The notes beneath the pieces are model-generated. The model did no database searches and was not told the DNA's origin. It worked only from the letters and a program-made list of their open reading frames with translations. From assembly GCA_038087875.1 (NCBI GenBank), contig CM075988.1, positions 8,992,001 through 9,056,000 on the forward strand: a stretch of DNA of 64,000 nt. Direction: 5' to 3'. This DNA comes from Malacoraja senta (lineage: Eukaryota). How positions within the stretch are numbered: position 1 is the first letter of the stretch; every line of letters begins with the position of its first letter. Below are positions 37,793-50,734 of the stretch, in pieces. Made by a program: the position numbers and the translations under genes.

Positions 37793-38240
37793 TAAGACAC
37801 AAAATGCTGGACTAACTCAGCAGGTCAGGGATCATCTCTGGAAAATTTGGATAGGTGATGTTTTGGGTCGGGACGCTTCTTCACACTGATTGTGGTGGTG
37901 GAGGGTCGAAAACTAGAAGAGAGACAAAACCTGGCCAAGTTATAGATGGATACAGGTGACGAGGTGAGAGGTGCAGGGGGGGGCGGGGTTGTGTGGGGTC
38001 GATTGGATAATAGTTGGCCAGAGGCTAAAGTCAAGTGGTATGAGATAAGCATAAAATAAGTTTGTAGATCAGTTACCTAAAATTGAAGAACTCAATGTGC
38101 ATACCATTGAGTTGTAAGCTACCCAAGTAGAATATGAAGTGCTGTCCCTCCAGTTTGCACGTGACCTCATTCTGGCAATGGAGGATGGCCAGGACAGAAC
38201 GTTCAGTATGGGAATGGGAAGGGGAGTTAAAATGGTTAGA
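37793..38240 (-). mobile_element. Penelope-like 3' fragment
   Basis: NHFNSPSHSHTERSVLAILHCQNE..LGSLQLNGMHIEF plus terminal repeat. Confidence 0.82.
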
Positions 38241-39247
38241 CCATAATGGCATTGGTCTTGTCGACAGGTTTGATGACAAGGTTGGGATTAGTTTAAGTTT
38301 GCACTGTGCTGCACGTTCAGAGGGGATGAGAATGGATTGGGCAATGGAGCGGAGAAGTCAAGACTTTCAATATCACATCTGTAATTGGAAATGAAAATGT
38401 CCATAGAGGGTTAAAGGCCAGAGGGAAGTGCACAAGTGAAAGGGGATCATCGACGGGGAGGAAAGAATTCATCACTGAAGAAATAGGCATGGAGGTAGAA
38501 GCAGGAGAAGAAGAAATCAATTTTATTTTGGCACTGCTGAGGATGAAGAATTGTGGACCATGCCACATTTGAGAAGCCAAGGACTGGTGGGAAAGAGAGA
38601 GAAAGGGACAAATGGTACAGATGCTTTGTGGTGCTTTGTTCAGAACCCTTCTCCAGACTTGTTGAGAAACCCATCTGAAACTTTGTTTAAGTGCTGTTCA
38701 AACATGAGCTGTGGTAAAGGCAAATAGGTCCCACGTGAAGGCCAGACTTGGGGTACAGGCTAATTAATTCCCTCCAACAGAGAAAAGGACCATCTCACAG
38801 ATGGGGCATCCCCTGGTATGAAAGTCAAGTGTTCAATCCACTACTCCACTGCCTTACATCCACTGAAAGTCTCTTCCACTGCAACGGAAAAAGACAGCAC
38901 ACAGAAGGAGGAAGGAGATAAAATATTCAATCGTTTATGTTTCCATTCGCCTTTAATATTGTGTCCATCACATTTTGTTACGATCTGTCAGTTTTCTCAG
39001 AATTGAGCTGACTTCTTAATGCACTATCTGCCTGACATTTCCTCTGAGGTTATTGTTTGTGTGCCATTGATCATGTGTTGCCTTGCAATTGTACATTTGT
39101 TAACATATCCTCATGGTAGAACATTATCAAATGACGACCGGACATTTTGCCTTTGGCTCCTTTTAGTCAATAGATGAAGATTGGGGGAAGCATCTTGAAA
39201 CTCACCTTTCGATGATAATTCCATTCCTCTGGAAAAATATAAACATT

Positions 39248-39842
39248 TAGAGTCATAGAGAGAGTCATAGTGTGATACAGTGCAGAAACAGCCCCTTCGT
39301 CCCAAATTGCCCACACCGACCAACATGTCCCAGCTACACTAGTCCCACCTGACAGCATTTGGTCCATATCCCTCCAAACTTATCCTATTCATGTACCTGT
39401 CTAACTGTTTCTTAAATGTTGGGATTGTCCCTGCCTCCTCTGGCAGCTTGTTCCATACACCCACCACCCTTTGTGTGAAAAAATTACCTCAGATTTCTAT
39501 TAAATCTTTTCCCCTTCACCTTAAACCTATGTCCTCTGGTTCTCGATTCACCTACTCTGGGCAAGAGACTCTGTGCATCTACCTGATCTAATACCCTGTA
39601 TGAGATCATCCCTCATCCTCCTGCATTCCAAGGAATAGTGTCCCAGCTTACTTAACCTCTGCCTTTTGCTCAGACCCTCTAGTCCTGGCAACATCCTCGT
39701 AAATGTTCTCTGTACCCTTTCTAGCTTGACAACATATTTCCTATAACGCGGTGGCCAGACCTGAACACAATATTCTAAATGTGGCCTCACCAGTGTCTTA
39801 TACAACTGCAACATGACCTCCCAACTGCTATACTCAATACTC
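39248..39842 (-). mobile_element. CR1 (HER1-like) 3' fragment
   Basis: LYKTLVRPHLEYCVQVW..LERVQRTFTRMLPGL. Confidence 0.88.
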
Positions 39843-42039
39843 ACCTTCTACACTCATATTTCTCAAACATGCTTAAAATCTATTAGATCCTTCGTGTCCT
39901 TTTTTTACAGTACATTTCTCTCAATGTGTTCACCTGCAATCATTCATCAAATGTTTCGTTTTTAGTTTGGAGATACAGCATGAAAGCAAACACAAAATGT
40001 TGGAGTAACTCAGTGGGCCAGGTAGCATCCCTGCAGAGCCTGGATTCAGGTCGGAGCCCTTCTCCAGACTGATTGTAGGGGGACGGGAAAGAAAGTTGGA
40101 AGAGGGATGGGGCAGGGCAGAGCATGGGTGGGAATAGGTGAATGAAGATGGAGTAGGAGAATCATTGTTGATGGGCATGGGGTGCAGAAGGAAACTTAAT
40201 GATGATGAAGGAACGGTAACGGAGTTTAGCAGTGCTGGAATAAGTGGCATTTGGGTGGTCAGGAGTAACAGCAGTAATAGATGCTGTCCCTTCTCTCCAC
40301 AGCCTCCAGATGCCCAGCAGGTAACTCTGTGTTGTGCTTTCCTGAACACAGTGACTCTGTCATGATGTGGGCTGCTATACCATGCAGTGGATCCTTTGTT
40401 GGCATATTGAAAATACCCAAATACTGTTGCATTCCTGGCTGAGTGTTATATGTATTCTGTCCTTTGTAGAATTGATGGGCCGAATGTTCTAATTCTGCTC
40501 CTATAACTTATGAACTTATGAACATAGGCCACTCTGGCCCATTGAGTCGATGCACCCTCACGGAGTAAACCCCTCATCCCACTAGTGTTTCCTATGGTCT
40601 ATTCTCCCCACAAGCGTTTCACTCCCTCCAGATTAATTCTGGACCACCTAGTTACGCCGATGGCAGATGCTGCTAAGGTCAAAGCTTGTCTCCAAGGTGT
40701 ACAATGCCGCATAGAATATATTAGGAAGACCCTTGTGGATTATTCATGCCTTTGGAGAAGAATCTACAAAGCCCATACTGCAGGAAACTGTGCAAAGGTC
40801 AAATTATTTGGTTAATTGGGATGCATGTGGCTATTGACATTCTAATTCAATCATTTGATAATGTGGAATTATTCTCATTAAGTGTACAAGAGCAGAACGG
40901 GGGCCACTGTTTTGAGTGGTCACATTTGAACTAGGCTCTGATTGTTCTGTCAGCAGCATATTCCGTGTAAGTGAGAGAAATAAAACAAATACCTTTTACA
41001 GTTCAGAGTATAAAATATAGTGACATTGCACATTCAATTGAACAAACATTCAATGTAATATCTGGAAGATTATCCAGAAAAGTATTTAAGACAGGTGAAA
41101 AGGGTACCTTTTAAATTATACATGTTACATGCTTTTTAACAAAAAGGATGGGATTCAGTAACTACAGTATGCTTTAAGTTGGATTTCTGCCAAGAAGAAG
41201 GATTATTCCATTGAGGGTCTCACTAAAATTCCCATGAAGCCATCTTTGACAAAGTATTTAATTAGTACAGTATCAGAAGGGAAAATTCTGACTTTCAAAG
41301 ATTTCAATTTTTGATGCTAATGATCGACTCATTCATTGAAATGAGCTGTGAATTCCCTCTCATCAACAAATTTATTTTAACTTTCTTTGAACTGATCACA
41401 GCTTTAATGCAGCCATTAGACTAACAATAGACAATCGGTCCAGCAGAAGATATTTTGTTTATGATTTTATACGAGATTCTAAAAATTGTAATCTATTTCC
41501 TTCTTGACAATATTCCCATTGCAAACTCAAAGGGGTCAGGTGAAAGAAGCACTTGCCCTGAAGTTTGAGCAACCTTGTTGACCAGGGACTCCATGAAATG
41601 CTATGGACACAGGCCATTTGAAGATTTGTGTTGTTGTTAAATATTAACTCATATTTGCCTAGAAATTCAGATATGATGCTAAATATTTCCATGAGCATCG
41701 GTCTGTTGTTATCCGTCACTGTTATTTATTTCATTAACTTAATGATCAAAATTCAGTGGGTATGTACAATACTGTTCGACACATTGAATGCTAGCAACCA
41801 CTAAATTAATTTCTAAGCATCTGGGTTCTCCTGCACTATTATCATTATGGGTTAAAGCCTTCATCCAGGAATTGCTTCAGATTCTGTGCTAGCTGGAGCT
41901 AAGTCCCTAATGATATAATTGGCCTACAGATTAAGAGTTGTTTTGATTCAGTTCAATGTTTTTACTAATTTCTCAATTTGTATGTTTTTTCCCTTAACTG
42001 TTCCCTTATCTTATTATTTTTGACATACATCTGAATTTA

Positions 42040-42297
42040 GGTTAGTTTATTTTGGAGATACAAATTGGAAATGGGTCCTTTGGCCCACTGAGTCACGCCG
42101 ACCACCGATCACCATACACATATCCTACAGACGAGGGACAATTTACAGAAGAGAATTAACCTACAAACCTGCACGTCTTTGGAATGAGGTGGAAACCGGA
42201 GCACTCTAAAGAAAATCCAGGGAGAACGTACAAATTCCGTACAGACAGCACCCGTAGTCAGGATCAATCCCAGGTCTCTGCCGCTATAAACCATCAA
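42040..42297 (-). mobile_element. HE1-like SINE
   Basis: Shared core sequence. Confidence 0.75.
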
Positions 42298-42714
42298 CTC
42301 TACAGACTGGTTTTTTTTGTTGTATTATTCGCCTGTGTTGTAATGGTTTTTGGCACCTTTGCATGTCAGATTGTTAAAGCTATCAACAACTTTGGCACAA
42401 TTCAATGTTCCACTCACAACTTTGACTTTTGTCGAAGCTTGTTAGAGACAGAACCTCACACTTTATGAACTGAGGCTCAGTTTCCATTCAGAATTCAAAC
42501 CTGGGCAGTGTTGGTGTATAAAGGAATGCTGGCTTAGTCTCTTTAATACTTCTCAAATGACAATCCATCCTGTCTGTTTTGTTTACATTGAATGACACAG
42601 TTTTAATCTTTCTATAAAACTCTGTCACATTTTCAATTTTGATCACAACTCCTTAAATGCCCCTTAATTATCAGATTATTAATTTGTCACTTTTCATTGG
42701 TCAAAACAAGCAAT

Positions 42715-42968
42715 TTGGACATAAATATCCAATGGTTGGTCAGTAAGTTTGCAGACATCAAAATTGGGGGATAATGAGGCATGTTTTTGAACTTTACTGC
42801 AGGGTACAGATCAGTTACAAAAATGGAAGGAGAAGTGGCGGATGGAATTTAATCAGAGCAAAGGTGAGGTGTTGCACATTGGTATGTTGTATGTAAGGGG
42901 AAAGTATAAAGGTAATGATGTGCAGAAGGACCTTTCTCTGGTCTGTATGACTGTGTGTCTATGATTCT
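42715..42968 (+). mobile_element. Decayed CR1 RT fragment
   Basis: SKFAD, EKWRMEFNQSKGEVLH. Confidence 0.6.
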
Positions 42969-43024
42969 AAACCAGTGAGACGCTGGAGAATATGCAAGTT
43001 CCTACTCAAATTACCCTTCCTGAC

Positions 43025-43445
43025 CTGAGCCTCCTCCATTATCAGAGTGAGGCCCAGCGCAAATTGGAGGAACAGCACCTCATATTTTGCTTGGACAGCT
43101 TACATCCCAGTGGTATGAATATTGAGTTCTCTAACTCCAAGTAACCCTTGCTTTCCCTCTCTCTCCATCCCTCCCCTTCCTAGTTCACCAACTAGTCTGA
43201 CTGTCCCCCTGATTAAATGTTATCTCTGTATGCTTTGTTGTCACCTTTTCCAAGCTAACAATGATCTATTCTCCATTTTCCTTAAAACCTCATCCCCTTT
43301 GATGTTTAGTTTTCACACCTTATCTGTGTGTCTCCCTCCCCCTGACTCAGTCTGAAGAAGGCTCAACGCGAAACGTCACCCATTCCTTCTAACCAGCGAT
43401 GTAGTCTGTCCCGCTAAATTACTCCAGTATTTTGTGTCTATCCTT
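43025..43445 (+). mobile_element. Penelope-like 3' fragment
   Basis: LLHYQSEAQRKLEEQHLIFCLDSLHPSGMNIEF plus ctgaagaagg..gaaacgtc. Confidence 0.82.
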
Positions 43446-44419
43446 GAACTCTTTATCCCATCACTGTGAGAATGCCTCCATAGAAGGATGGAGGTAACTA
43501 CAGATGGTGTCACCATGAAGGGCATTAGGGACTGCCAGTGGCTCCCTCATTTATTCATCTCAAGCATGGATTAAAACGAGAAAATTGCGGGGAAAGAACA
43601 ATGGATTTTGCATTCCTTTGAGACTGGATTATAAACCAGATACTGTGAATACACATCTGATATTCTGTGACCAGACATCACCAGATTGTTAACCATGCAG
43701 TGTTAATTAGTTTTGAACAAAATAGCTTGCTTAATTCCCAAAGGAAATATGGGCTCTTCTGCAAAATGTTTCACTTGTGATTTTTTATAGACGGATATAT
43801 TCCATTAGCCTTAGTCCATTGACAAGGGTGGCTGAATCAATCACAATGATCAAAACAAGTCAAAAACTAACAAATTCTCAAATTAATGCAGGACTTTAAT
43901 TAGTCAGACCCTGGAGATCTCACATTCTCACAGTTATCACCACTAATTAGGCGTATCTGGAGTAAAATTACATTAACCTTTCAGGAAAAGCAGAATGTGA
44001 AAATGTTCATTTAACACCGAACGTGAAAGACAATCTCGTTTACTCATCTTCCTGCTGGGGTCTGGTATTACCCCAGGCTGGGTGTCCGGTATTTTTCCGG
44101 TCATAGAATCATAGAGTCATACAGCGTAAAAATAGGTCCTTTGCCCCAACATGCCCACACCAACTAACGTGTCCCATCTACATGAGTCTCACCTGCCTGC
44201 ATTTGGCTCATCTATATTACTAAAAGTAAGATCTTGACCACTTCCTGTTTTTCTGTTTCATGATTTTTGAAAAAACGCTGCCACTTACGGCTGTGATTTT
44301 TGGCCATCTTACTTAGAGTCACCCTCCGCTGCGCAGGACAAGAGGATTTTTCCGATCAATGAAAAATAAAAGAGTTATTAATGTTTAAAAAATGTTGACA
44401 TTCTCTCTGCTGCCCCTGC

Positions 44420-44475
44420 TGGTGGGAGGGGGAGGGACTATAAAACCCAGAAGTGTTGCGCCTCACTCAGTCTCT
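44420..44475 (+). promoter_or_regulatory. Pol II core-promoter-like module within Helitron
   Basis: G-rich box, TATAAAA at 44439-44445, TCAGT with its A 30 nt downstream. Repeated at 45170/45199, and as TATA alone at 36700. Confidence 0.5.
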
Positions 44476-44586
44476 GCAAGATGGAGGAAGTGAGAGGGTC
44501 AAGTCTTTCTGAGCTGTGAATAACACTGAACACATGTCTACTCACCTGTGAGTGCCCTTAATGTGGTTTGAAAATGAAAATGTGGT

Positions 44587-44938
44587 TGCTTTGAAATGCT
44601 GCACTGCAAATGGTTGTTGGTGGTGGTAACTGCTTTAAAATGCTGCACTGCAAATGGTTGTTGGTGGGGGTAACTGCTTTGAAATGCTGCACTGCAAATG
44701 GTTGTTGGTGGTGGTAACTGCTTTGAAATGCTGCACTGCAAATGGTTGTTGTTGGTGGTAACTGCTTTGAAATGCTGCACTGCAAATGATTGTTGGTGGT
44801 GGTAACTGCTTTGAAATGCTGCACTGCAAATGGTTGTTGGTGGTGGTAACTGCTTTGAAATGCTGCACTGCAAATGGTTGTTGGTGGTGGTAACTGCTTT
44901 GAAATGCTGCACTGCAAATGGTTGTTGGTGGTGGTAAC
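44587..44938. repeat. 44-bp minisatellite, 8 copies
   Basis: ttgaaatgctgcactgcaaatggttgttggtggtggtaactgct. Confidence 0.95.
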
Positions 44939-45337
44939 TTGACTACTTCCTGTTTGCACTGTATATTGATTTTAGATAAAATGCTACCGCTTACGAATGT
45001 GATTTTTGGCCGTCTTACTCAGTCCCCCTCTGCTAATCAGATGCAGAGGATTCTTCCCATCAACGAAAAATAACAGTGTTATTAGTGTTTAAAAAAATGT
45101 TGAGAATCTCTCTCTCCTGTCAATCACACCATGAAAGCCACGCCCCTTCTGGTGGGAGGGGGGAGGGATTATAAAACCCGGAAGTGTGGGTGTGGCTCAG
45201 TCTCTGCAAGGTGGGGGAGGGAGAAGTCACGACTGTCTGAGCTGTGAATCAACTGAACACACTGAATGTCTACTGAACTGTGAGTGTGGTGTTTATGTGG
45301 TGTTTTGTGTGGTTTTATGATGATTTTATGGTGGTTT

Positions 45338-45595
45338 CACCCTGCTTGAAATGGCATGAAACTGCATTTGAATGTGGTGGCCTTGCACCCTGCATGAAAT
45401 GGTATGAAACCACTTCCATTTGGTTGTCTTGCACCCTGCTTGAAGTGGTGTGAAATTGCACTTGAATTTGGTGGCCTTGCACCCTGCTTGAAGTGGTATG
45501 AAACTGCACTTGAATTTGGTAGCCTTGCACCCTGCTTGAAATGGTAGGAAACTGCATTTGAATTTGGTGGCCTTGCACCCTGCTTGAAATGGAAT
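45338..45595. repeat. 48-bp minisatellite, ~5 copies
   Basis: caccctgcttgaaatgg..gaaactgcatttgaat.tggtggccttg. Confidence 0.92.
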
Positions 45596-47946
45596 TTCAA
45601 GGAATAACAGTGAGTCAACTGATCGCCCACCAGCCGTGAGTGATCTGCCAGCACATCAGGGTTGAGTGACTGAGCTGTCACCCCAAGAATCCATTTGGCC
45701 CACAATGTCCATACTAGCCCTTTGGAAACCAGTCTCTTCAGCCCACAATACCCATACTAGCGCTCCAGAAAGCCCCCCCCCCCCCACTGGCCATCAATAT
45801 TGGAATTAGTGGAGAGGTGGAATATTGCGTTGGGAACATGGGACCCAATGGATCCCACTTAGTCTAGTATCCCTCTAAACCTATCATATCCATGCACCGG
45901 TCCAAATGTTTCTTAAAGGTTGCGATAGTCCCTGCCTCAACTACCTCCTCCGGAAGCTCATTCCATACACCCACCACACTTTTTGTATAAAAGATACCCC
46001 TGAGTTTCCTAATAAATCTTCTCCCCCTTCACCTCAAACCTATGTCCTCTGGTTCTCGACTCCCCTACTCTGGGCAAGAGACTCTGTGCGTTTACCCGAG
46101 CTATTCCTCTCATGATTTTGTACACCTTTATAAGATCACCCCTCATCCTCCCGCGCTTCAAGAAATGGGGTCCTAGCTCAGACAACCTCAGTCTGTGACT
46201 ACAGGAAGTAAACAAAAGCAGACTTCGATGCATCAACACATTTTTGAAATACAGCGCGCCGGCCATATAGAATTGTTTGAAGAAACAGCCCCCCCAAAAT
46301 ATCAGCCAGTAAATATCTTTACTGAGGGTCAGTCAATCAATCTGGTGCGAATTTCAATCTCCTGGTTTAATTCAAATACTTCATGACACATCATTCTCCA
46401 TATGAGCCAAGATTGACACAGAATGTGAAATAGACTGATCTGGTCATTCTTCAAATGCCTTTCTGAAAATAAAAAGCAAACCGTGTAATTGCATTATTTA
46501 TTATGGCAACAATATATTTTGCTTGGAGTTCAGATGATGGAAGGTTTACTGGAGGGGAATATTCAGATGAAAGGAAATAAATAAAACATGAAGGTGACAT
46601 TCAGGGAGGAAGAGACAATTTGCACAGTGAGTGGTATCCTTGCTCTAATGGGAGCAAGAAGACATTTTTCTCTTGTTTAGCTGGTTGGCATCCTCCAGTT
46701 AATTGGAGCAGTAACAAGAAGCTTTGCTTCTCTCAGCTGTTCAGGCCAGGTTGTGGACAGAACCTTCTGTTCCTTCTGTCTCATGTCCGGCTGTGGATAT
46801 CTGTTGTTGCCCGATCAGATAAGGCATTGTTTTGCCTGATTGATCACGATTGCTTGTTAAGCTACAACCTTAAGGCTGTTCTGTAAATTGAAGAACTAAA
46901 GAAAATAAAATTTTAATCACAGAACTTCAGAATATCCAAAGGCATAACACAGCCAATGAAATGTGTGGCCACTGATGTCGTGAAGAGAAATATTTAGCAT
47001 AACCAGTACAGAAAATGATTTTTTCAAGTTTATCAAATGCCCGAAGTTTCAGCTTCACACAGAATCAATTCAATCCCAGATAGAAATTAAATACTGGGGC
47101 TGGAATGATTCCTTACAGATGATCTGCATGACCTGTACTTTTTCCCTTAACGAGAAAAATAGGTTACAATTTTGATTAAGACTCAACTAGATGAACCCAA
47201 TCTTTATTTTTGATTATCTTTAAGTGAATCAGTGTGGTTTAGTAATGCCTGATTCTGTCTTAGACCAATGCCAACACTCTAATGGGAGAATGTATTTGAA
47301 CACCAAGTAACAAGACTCTTAACTAGAAAGGTGATCTATGGCTCCAGATGTCACTGACTGAGTCCAACATCAGGTGCAGAGATCATTGTTGTATCTAATA
47401 CTACCCAACATTTGTCATGATCTTGAGACTGGCTTTGTTTGAAACACTACTGGAATTTAATTACTGGACTTTAGTAACACAAATAATTTTGCCCGTTGGT
47501 ATGGTCTTCTCAGATATCAAATAGTGTTTTCTCTGGTTGAGTGGACAGAGCCCCGAGCTTGTCAATTAGTTTGAGATAGTTTGATTGCACTAATTCAGCC
47601 TAACAAAGGATATATTCATTGAGCAAATATACTGTATATTCAAAAAGCATTTAATTACATTGACAGGTGATGATCTTTCCTTGCCAGACTGCAGGGAGAC
47701 TCCCCTGTGGCTATTGTGGTCAGACTTGTGTCCTTTCCTGAAGATGCTCGTGGTCAATGCATCTTTAACGTTCATTGCAATTTCCTCATCTTCCCTGATA
47801 TGGGCAATGAGATTTTGGCTGAAGCCTTTTTAGGACTGAAGCCCTTCACTGCCAAGTTATCGGACTTCAGTAGTGATACCATCTGTTCCTGGGGTTATGT
47901 TTATTTTTGAGCTGAGTTATGGCCTTCTTGACTTCTTGTTGAACAG

Positions 47947-48248
47947 GCGGGGAGGCACAGTGTTCGTGTTGCTGCCTCACAGCACCAGAGAGCCGGGTTC
48001 AATACTGACTACCGGTGCTGTCTGTACAGAGTTTGTACGTTCTACTTGTGACCACGTGGGGTTTTTCCGGGTGCTCCGGTTTCCTCCCACACACCAAAGA
48101 CGTACAGGTTTGTAGGTTAATTGACTATGGTAAGTTGCTCAATTGTCCCTAGAGTGTGTAGGTTAGTGTGCGGGGTGATCGCTGGTCAGTGCAGACTCAG
48201 TGGGACGAAGGGCATGTTCCCGCAATGTATCTCTGAAGTCTGAAGTCT
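47947..48248 (+). mobile_element. HE1-like SINE
   Basis: B-box gggttcaatac, core and tail. Confidence 0.8.
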
Positions 48249-48339
48249 GAGTGGAGGCAAGGCTGGTGTAAGATGGGCTGTTTTGGGATCGAGTCAGCTG
48301 TGTTCACACCAAGGTAGAATCACAGTTGAGGAGATTATA

Positions 48340-48612
48340 GTCACAGAGAGAGATGCTGCGTGGAAATAAACCCCTTGGCCCATCGAGTCCATGCTGACTA
48401 TCAAACACAGATTTTTATTCCCCCACATTCTCATCAACTCTACCCCAGATTCTTCCATTCACCTATACACATGGACCAGTTAACCTAAGCAAACAAAAGC
48501 CCCTGATTTCAGGGAGAAAATGCAAAGTTCACACAGACAACAGTGAAGGTCAGGATTGAACTGTGATCACTGGTGCTATGTGGCAGCACCTCTACCTTTT
48601 GTGCCACTGTGT
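48340..48612 (-). mobile_element. Old HE1-like SINE
   Basis: Diverged core, ggattgaac, gtgccactgtg. Confidence 0.55.
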
Positions 48613-49167
48613 CATCTAAAGATGTTTGAAGTGCCCTTTCTGTAGGTGTTCAATGCATCTCTGTTCCTGATAAGTTCATCTCCATTTCTGGTTCTCATTG
48701 CATGGCGCCTTGGGTGCTGAAGCCTTAGATTTTTATTTTTCTCAGGCCTGAAGAGCTAACACATATCATGGGTGTCAATATATTCCTGAGACTTACTCTC
48801 TTCATCTACCATCTGCTCTTTCGGTCCCAGCTTTTCTGCTGGGTCTCTGTATTCTGGTATCTTTTTTTTTTGCTTTGATGGAGGGTGAAAATTCCAGTCC
48901 GGGAACACCTTACACTTGCATTGAATTAGTCCCTCGATCTCCTGGTCATTCTCTACAAACCAGTCCTTGTTACTTCTGTTCGAGTAACTGAGAATTTGTT
49001 CCAAGATGCCAATTATGGCAGGTTTCAATTTGGCTCATCAACTGTGGACATTCTGCTGCTCTTGGAGCGAACAAGTTGTTTGTAGGACGCTACCTGAGAA
49101 ACTGCAGGTTTTCTGATTCGTTGAGAATTTTGACATTGTTCCCTGAATCGGAGCGCAGATTTCATCC

Positions 49168-49366
49168 AAAGATGGACACAAAGTACTGGAGTAACTCAGA
49201 GGGCCAGGTATCGTCTCCGGAGAAAAGGATTAGGTGACGTTTCAGGTCAAGGCTCTTCTTCAGTCTGAAGATAGACACAAAATGCCGGAATAACTCAACG
49301 GGTCAGGTATCATCTCAGAAGTAAAAGATTAGGTGATGTTTCAGGTCGGCGCTCTTCTTCAGACTG
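49168..49366 (-). mobile_element. Tandem pair of Penelope terminal units (~99-bp period)
   Basis: Two head-to-tail copies, each ending gtga.gtttcaggtc...ctcttcttcag. Confidence 0.75.
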
Positions 49367-49994
49367 AATGTAAGGGGTGGGGGTGGGAGTGAAGAGCTGG
49401 AGGCAAGGTTCTGTTAAGGATGCTATAAAAATACAATGGATCTTGTTGATAATGTGAAAGAATATATTATTACTCTGGATCTGATTCATGACAGTGCAAG
49501 ACTGAAATTTAAATAAAAATAACCAAGAATACATATCTGGAAGAAAATTCAATTATGGATATGAGTGGCATCCAAAATAAATAAATAAATGATATCCAAC
49601 AAAATAGAGATGATGTGTGCTCTACAGAGGATTTAGAAAGTGCGAGGGTCTCAGAATTTCCCTTAATTATCACAATTGTAATCTTGCCATTTCCACTGTT
49701 TTAGCTTTAGGGAGCTAATCAACTTTCTCCCCAATTTGAAAGATAAATCACTTCAAGGATAATAATTGTACGTGCTTTCTGGGAATAAAGTGTGTCACTG
49801 AGTAATGGAGCTTATTCAAAATTGTAATCATTAGATTGCCGACTCAAATTCCTGGATACCCTGAATCACATATTCAGGAAATAAATAACACACGAGAGGG
49901 TATGTATGCGTGTGAGCAAAACAAAGAGCTGCAGTCTGATTAATCAAGCACTCATGTTTGTGCTCTTGACATTTTAGTTGAGAAGAAGCAAACA

Positions 49995-50128
49995 AGTCTG
50001 AAGAAGGGTCTCGACCTGAAACGTAATCCATTCCTTCAATCCAGAGATGCTGCCTGTCCCATTGAGTTACTCCAGCATTCTCTGCCTATCTTTGGTGTAA
50101 ACCAGCATCTGCAATTCCTTCCAACACA
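49995..50128 (+). mobile_element. Penelope terminal remnant
   Basis: ctgaagaagggtctcgacctgaaacgt..agatgctgcctgtccc. Confidence 0.75.
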
Positions 50129-50378
50129 TTACAGTGAAGAATGTCTTTATTTGCTCCACTCCCTATCCTGAATCTTCTTTGCAATCGTGTAGTCGTTCCT
50201 ATGAATTGATGTCGAGAATTTCATAATCTTAGTTTATTCAGATATAAGCATTTGCTTTAGCCTCAAGGTATTATCTGAAATAAATTATTTGTTATTTCTA
50301 GATGTGTAAAAATCAGCAGAATCGTTGACAGTTCGGAATAAAAAGACTGATTTTATATGTGCAACTATTTAGAATATC

Positions 50379-50634
50379 TGGTGGCGTGGCGGTCGAGTTG
50401 CTGCCTTTACAGCGCCAGAGACCCGAGTATGATCCTCCTGACTATGGGCGCTGTCTGTACGGAGTTTTATGTTCTCCCCGTGACCTGCGTGGGCTTTCTC
50501 CGAGATCTTCGGTTTCCTCCCACACTCCAAAGAGGTACATGTTTGGAGGTTAATTGGCTTGGTATAAATGTAAATTTCCCTAGTGGGCATGAAGGGCCTA
50601 TTTCCGTGTTTGTTTCTCTAAAACTAAACTAAAA
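50379..50634 (+). mobile_element. HE1-like SINE
   Basis: tRNA-like head, core, (ctaaa)n. Confidence 0.8.
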
Positions 50635-50734
50635 TACCTTTATACGACTTAAATACCCATATTATAAACACACCATCCTCTGAACCAATGTGGGGAGGCT
50701 ATGATGCGTGATTTGAAAGGCAAAATATATCCTT

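Larger units (their letters stand above)
44211..45867 (+). mobile_element. Non-autonomous Helitron (copy 2, two-module)
   Basis: A|TCTATATTACTAAAAG...tgggaccc-aat-ggatccca..CTAG|T, inserted at an AT dinucleotide in CR1 with no TSD. Confidence 0.92.
44100..46200 (-). mobile_element. CR1 3' fragment split by Helitron copy 2
   Basis: Removing 44211-45867 restores cctgcatttggctca|tatccctctaaacct, matching 39350-39385; RMRGDLIKVYKIMRG. Confidence 0.85.
47665..49130 (-). mobile_element. Decayed RTE-clade LINE interrupted by SINEs
   Basis: NKDWFVENDQEIEGLI and KDALTTSIFRKGHKSDHNSHRGVSL..GK remnants. Confidence 0.6.

Noticed and set aside
36860..45595. Helitron arrays as CRISPR-like arrays
   Set aside because: Units are contiguous with no unique spacers, there are no cas-like ORFs, and the context is eukaryotic.
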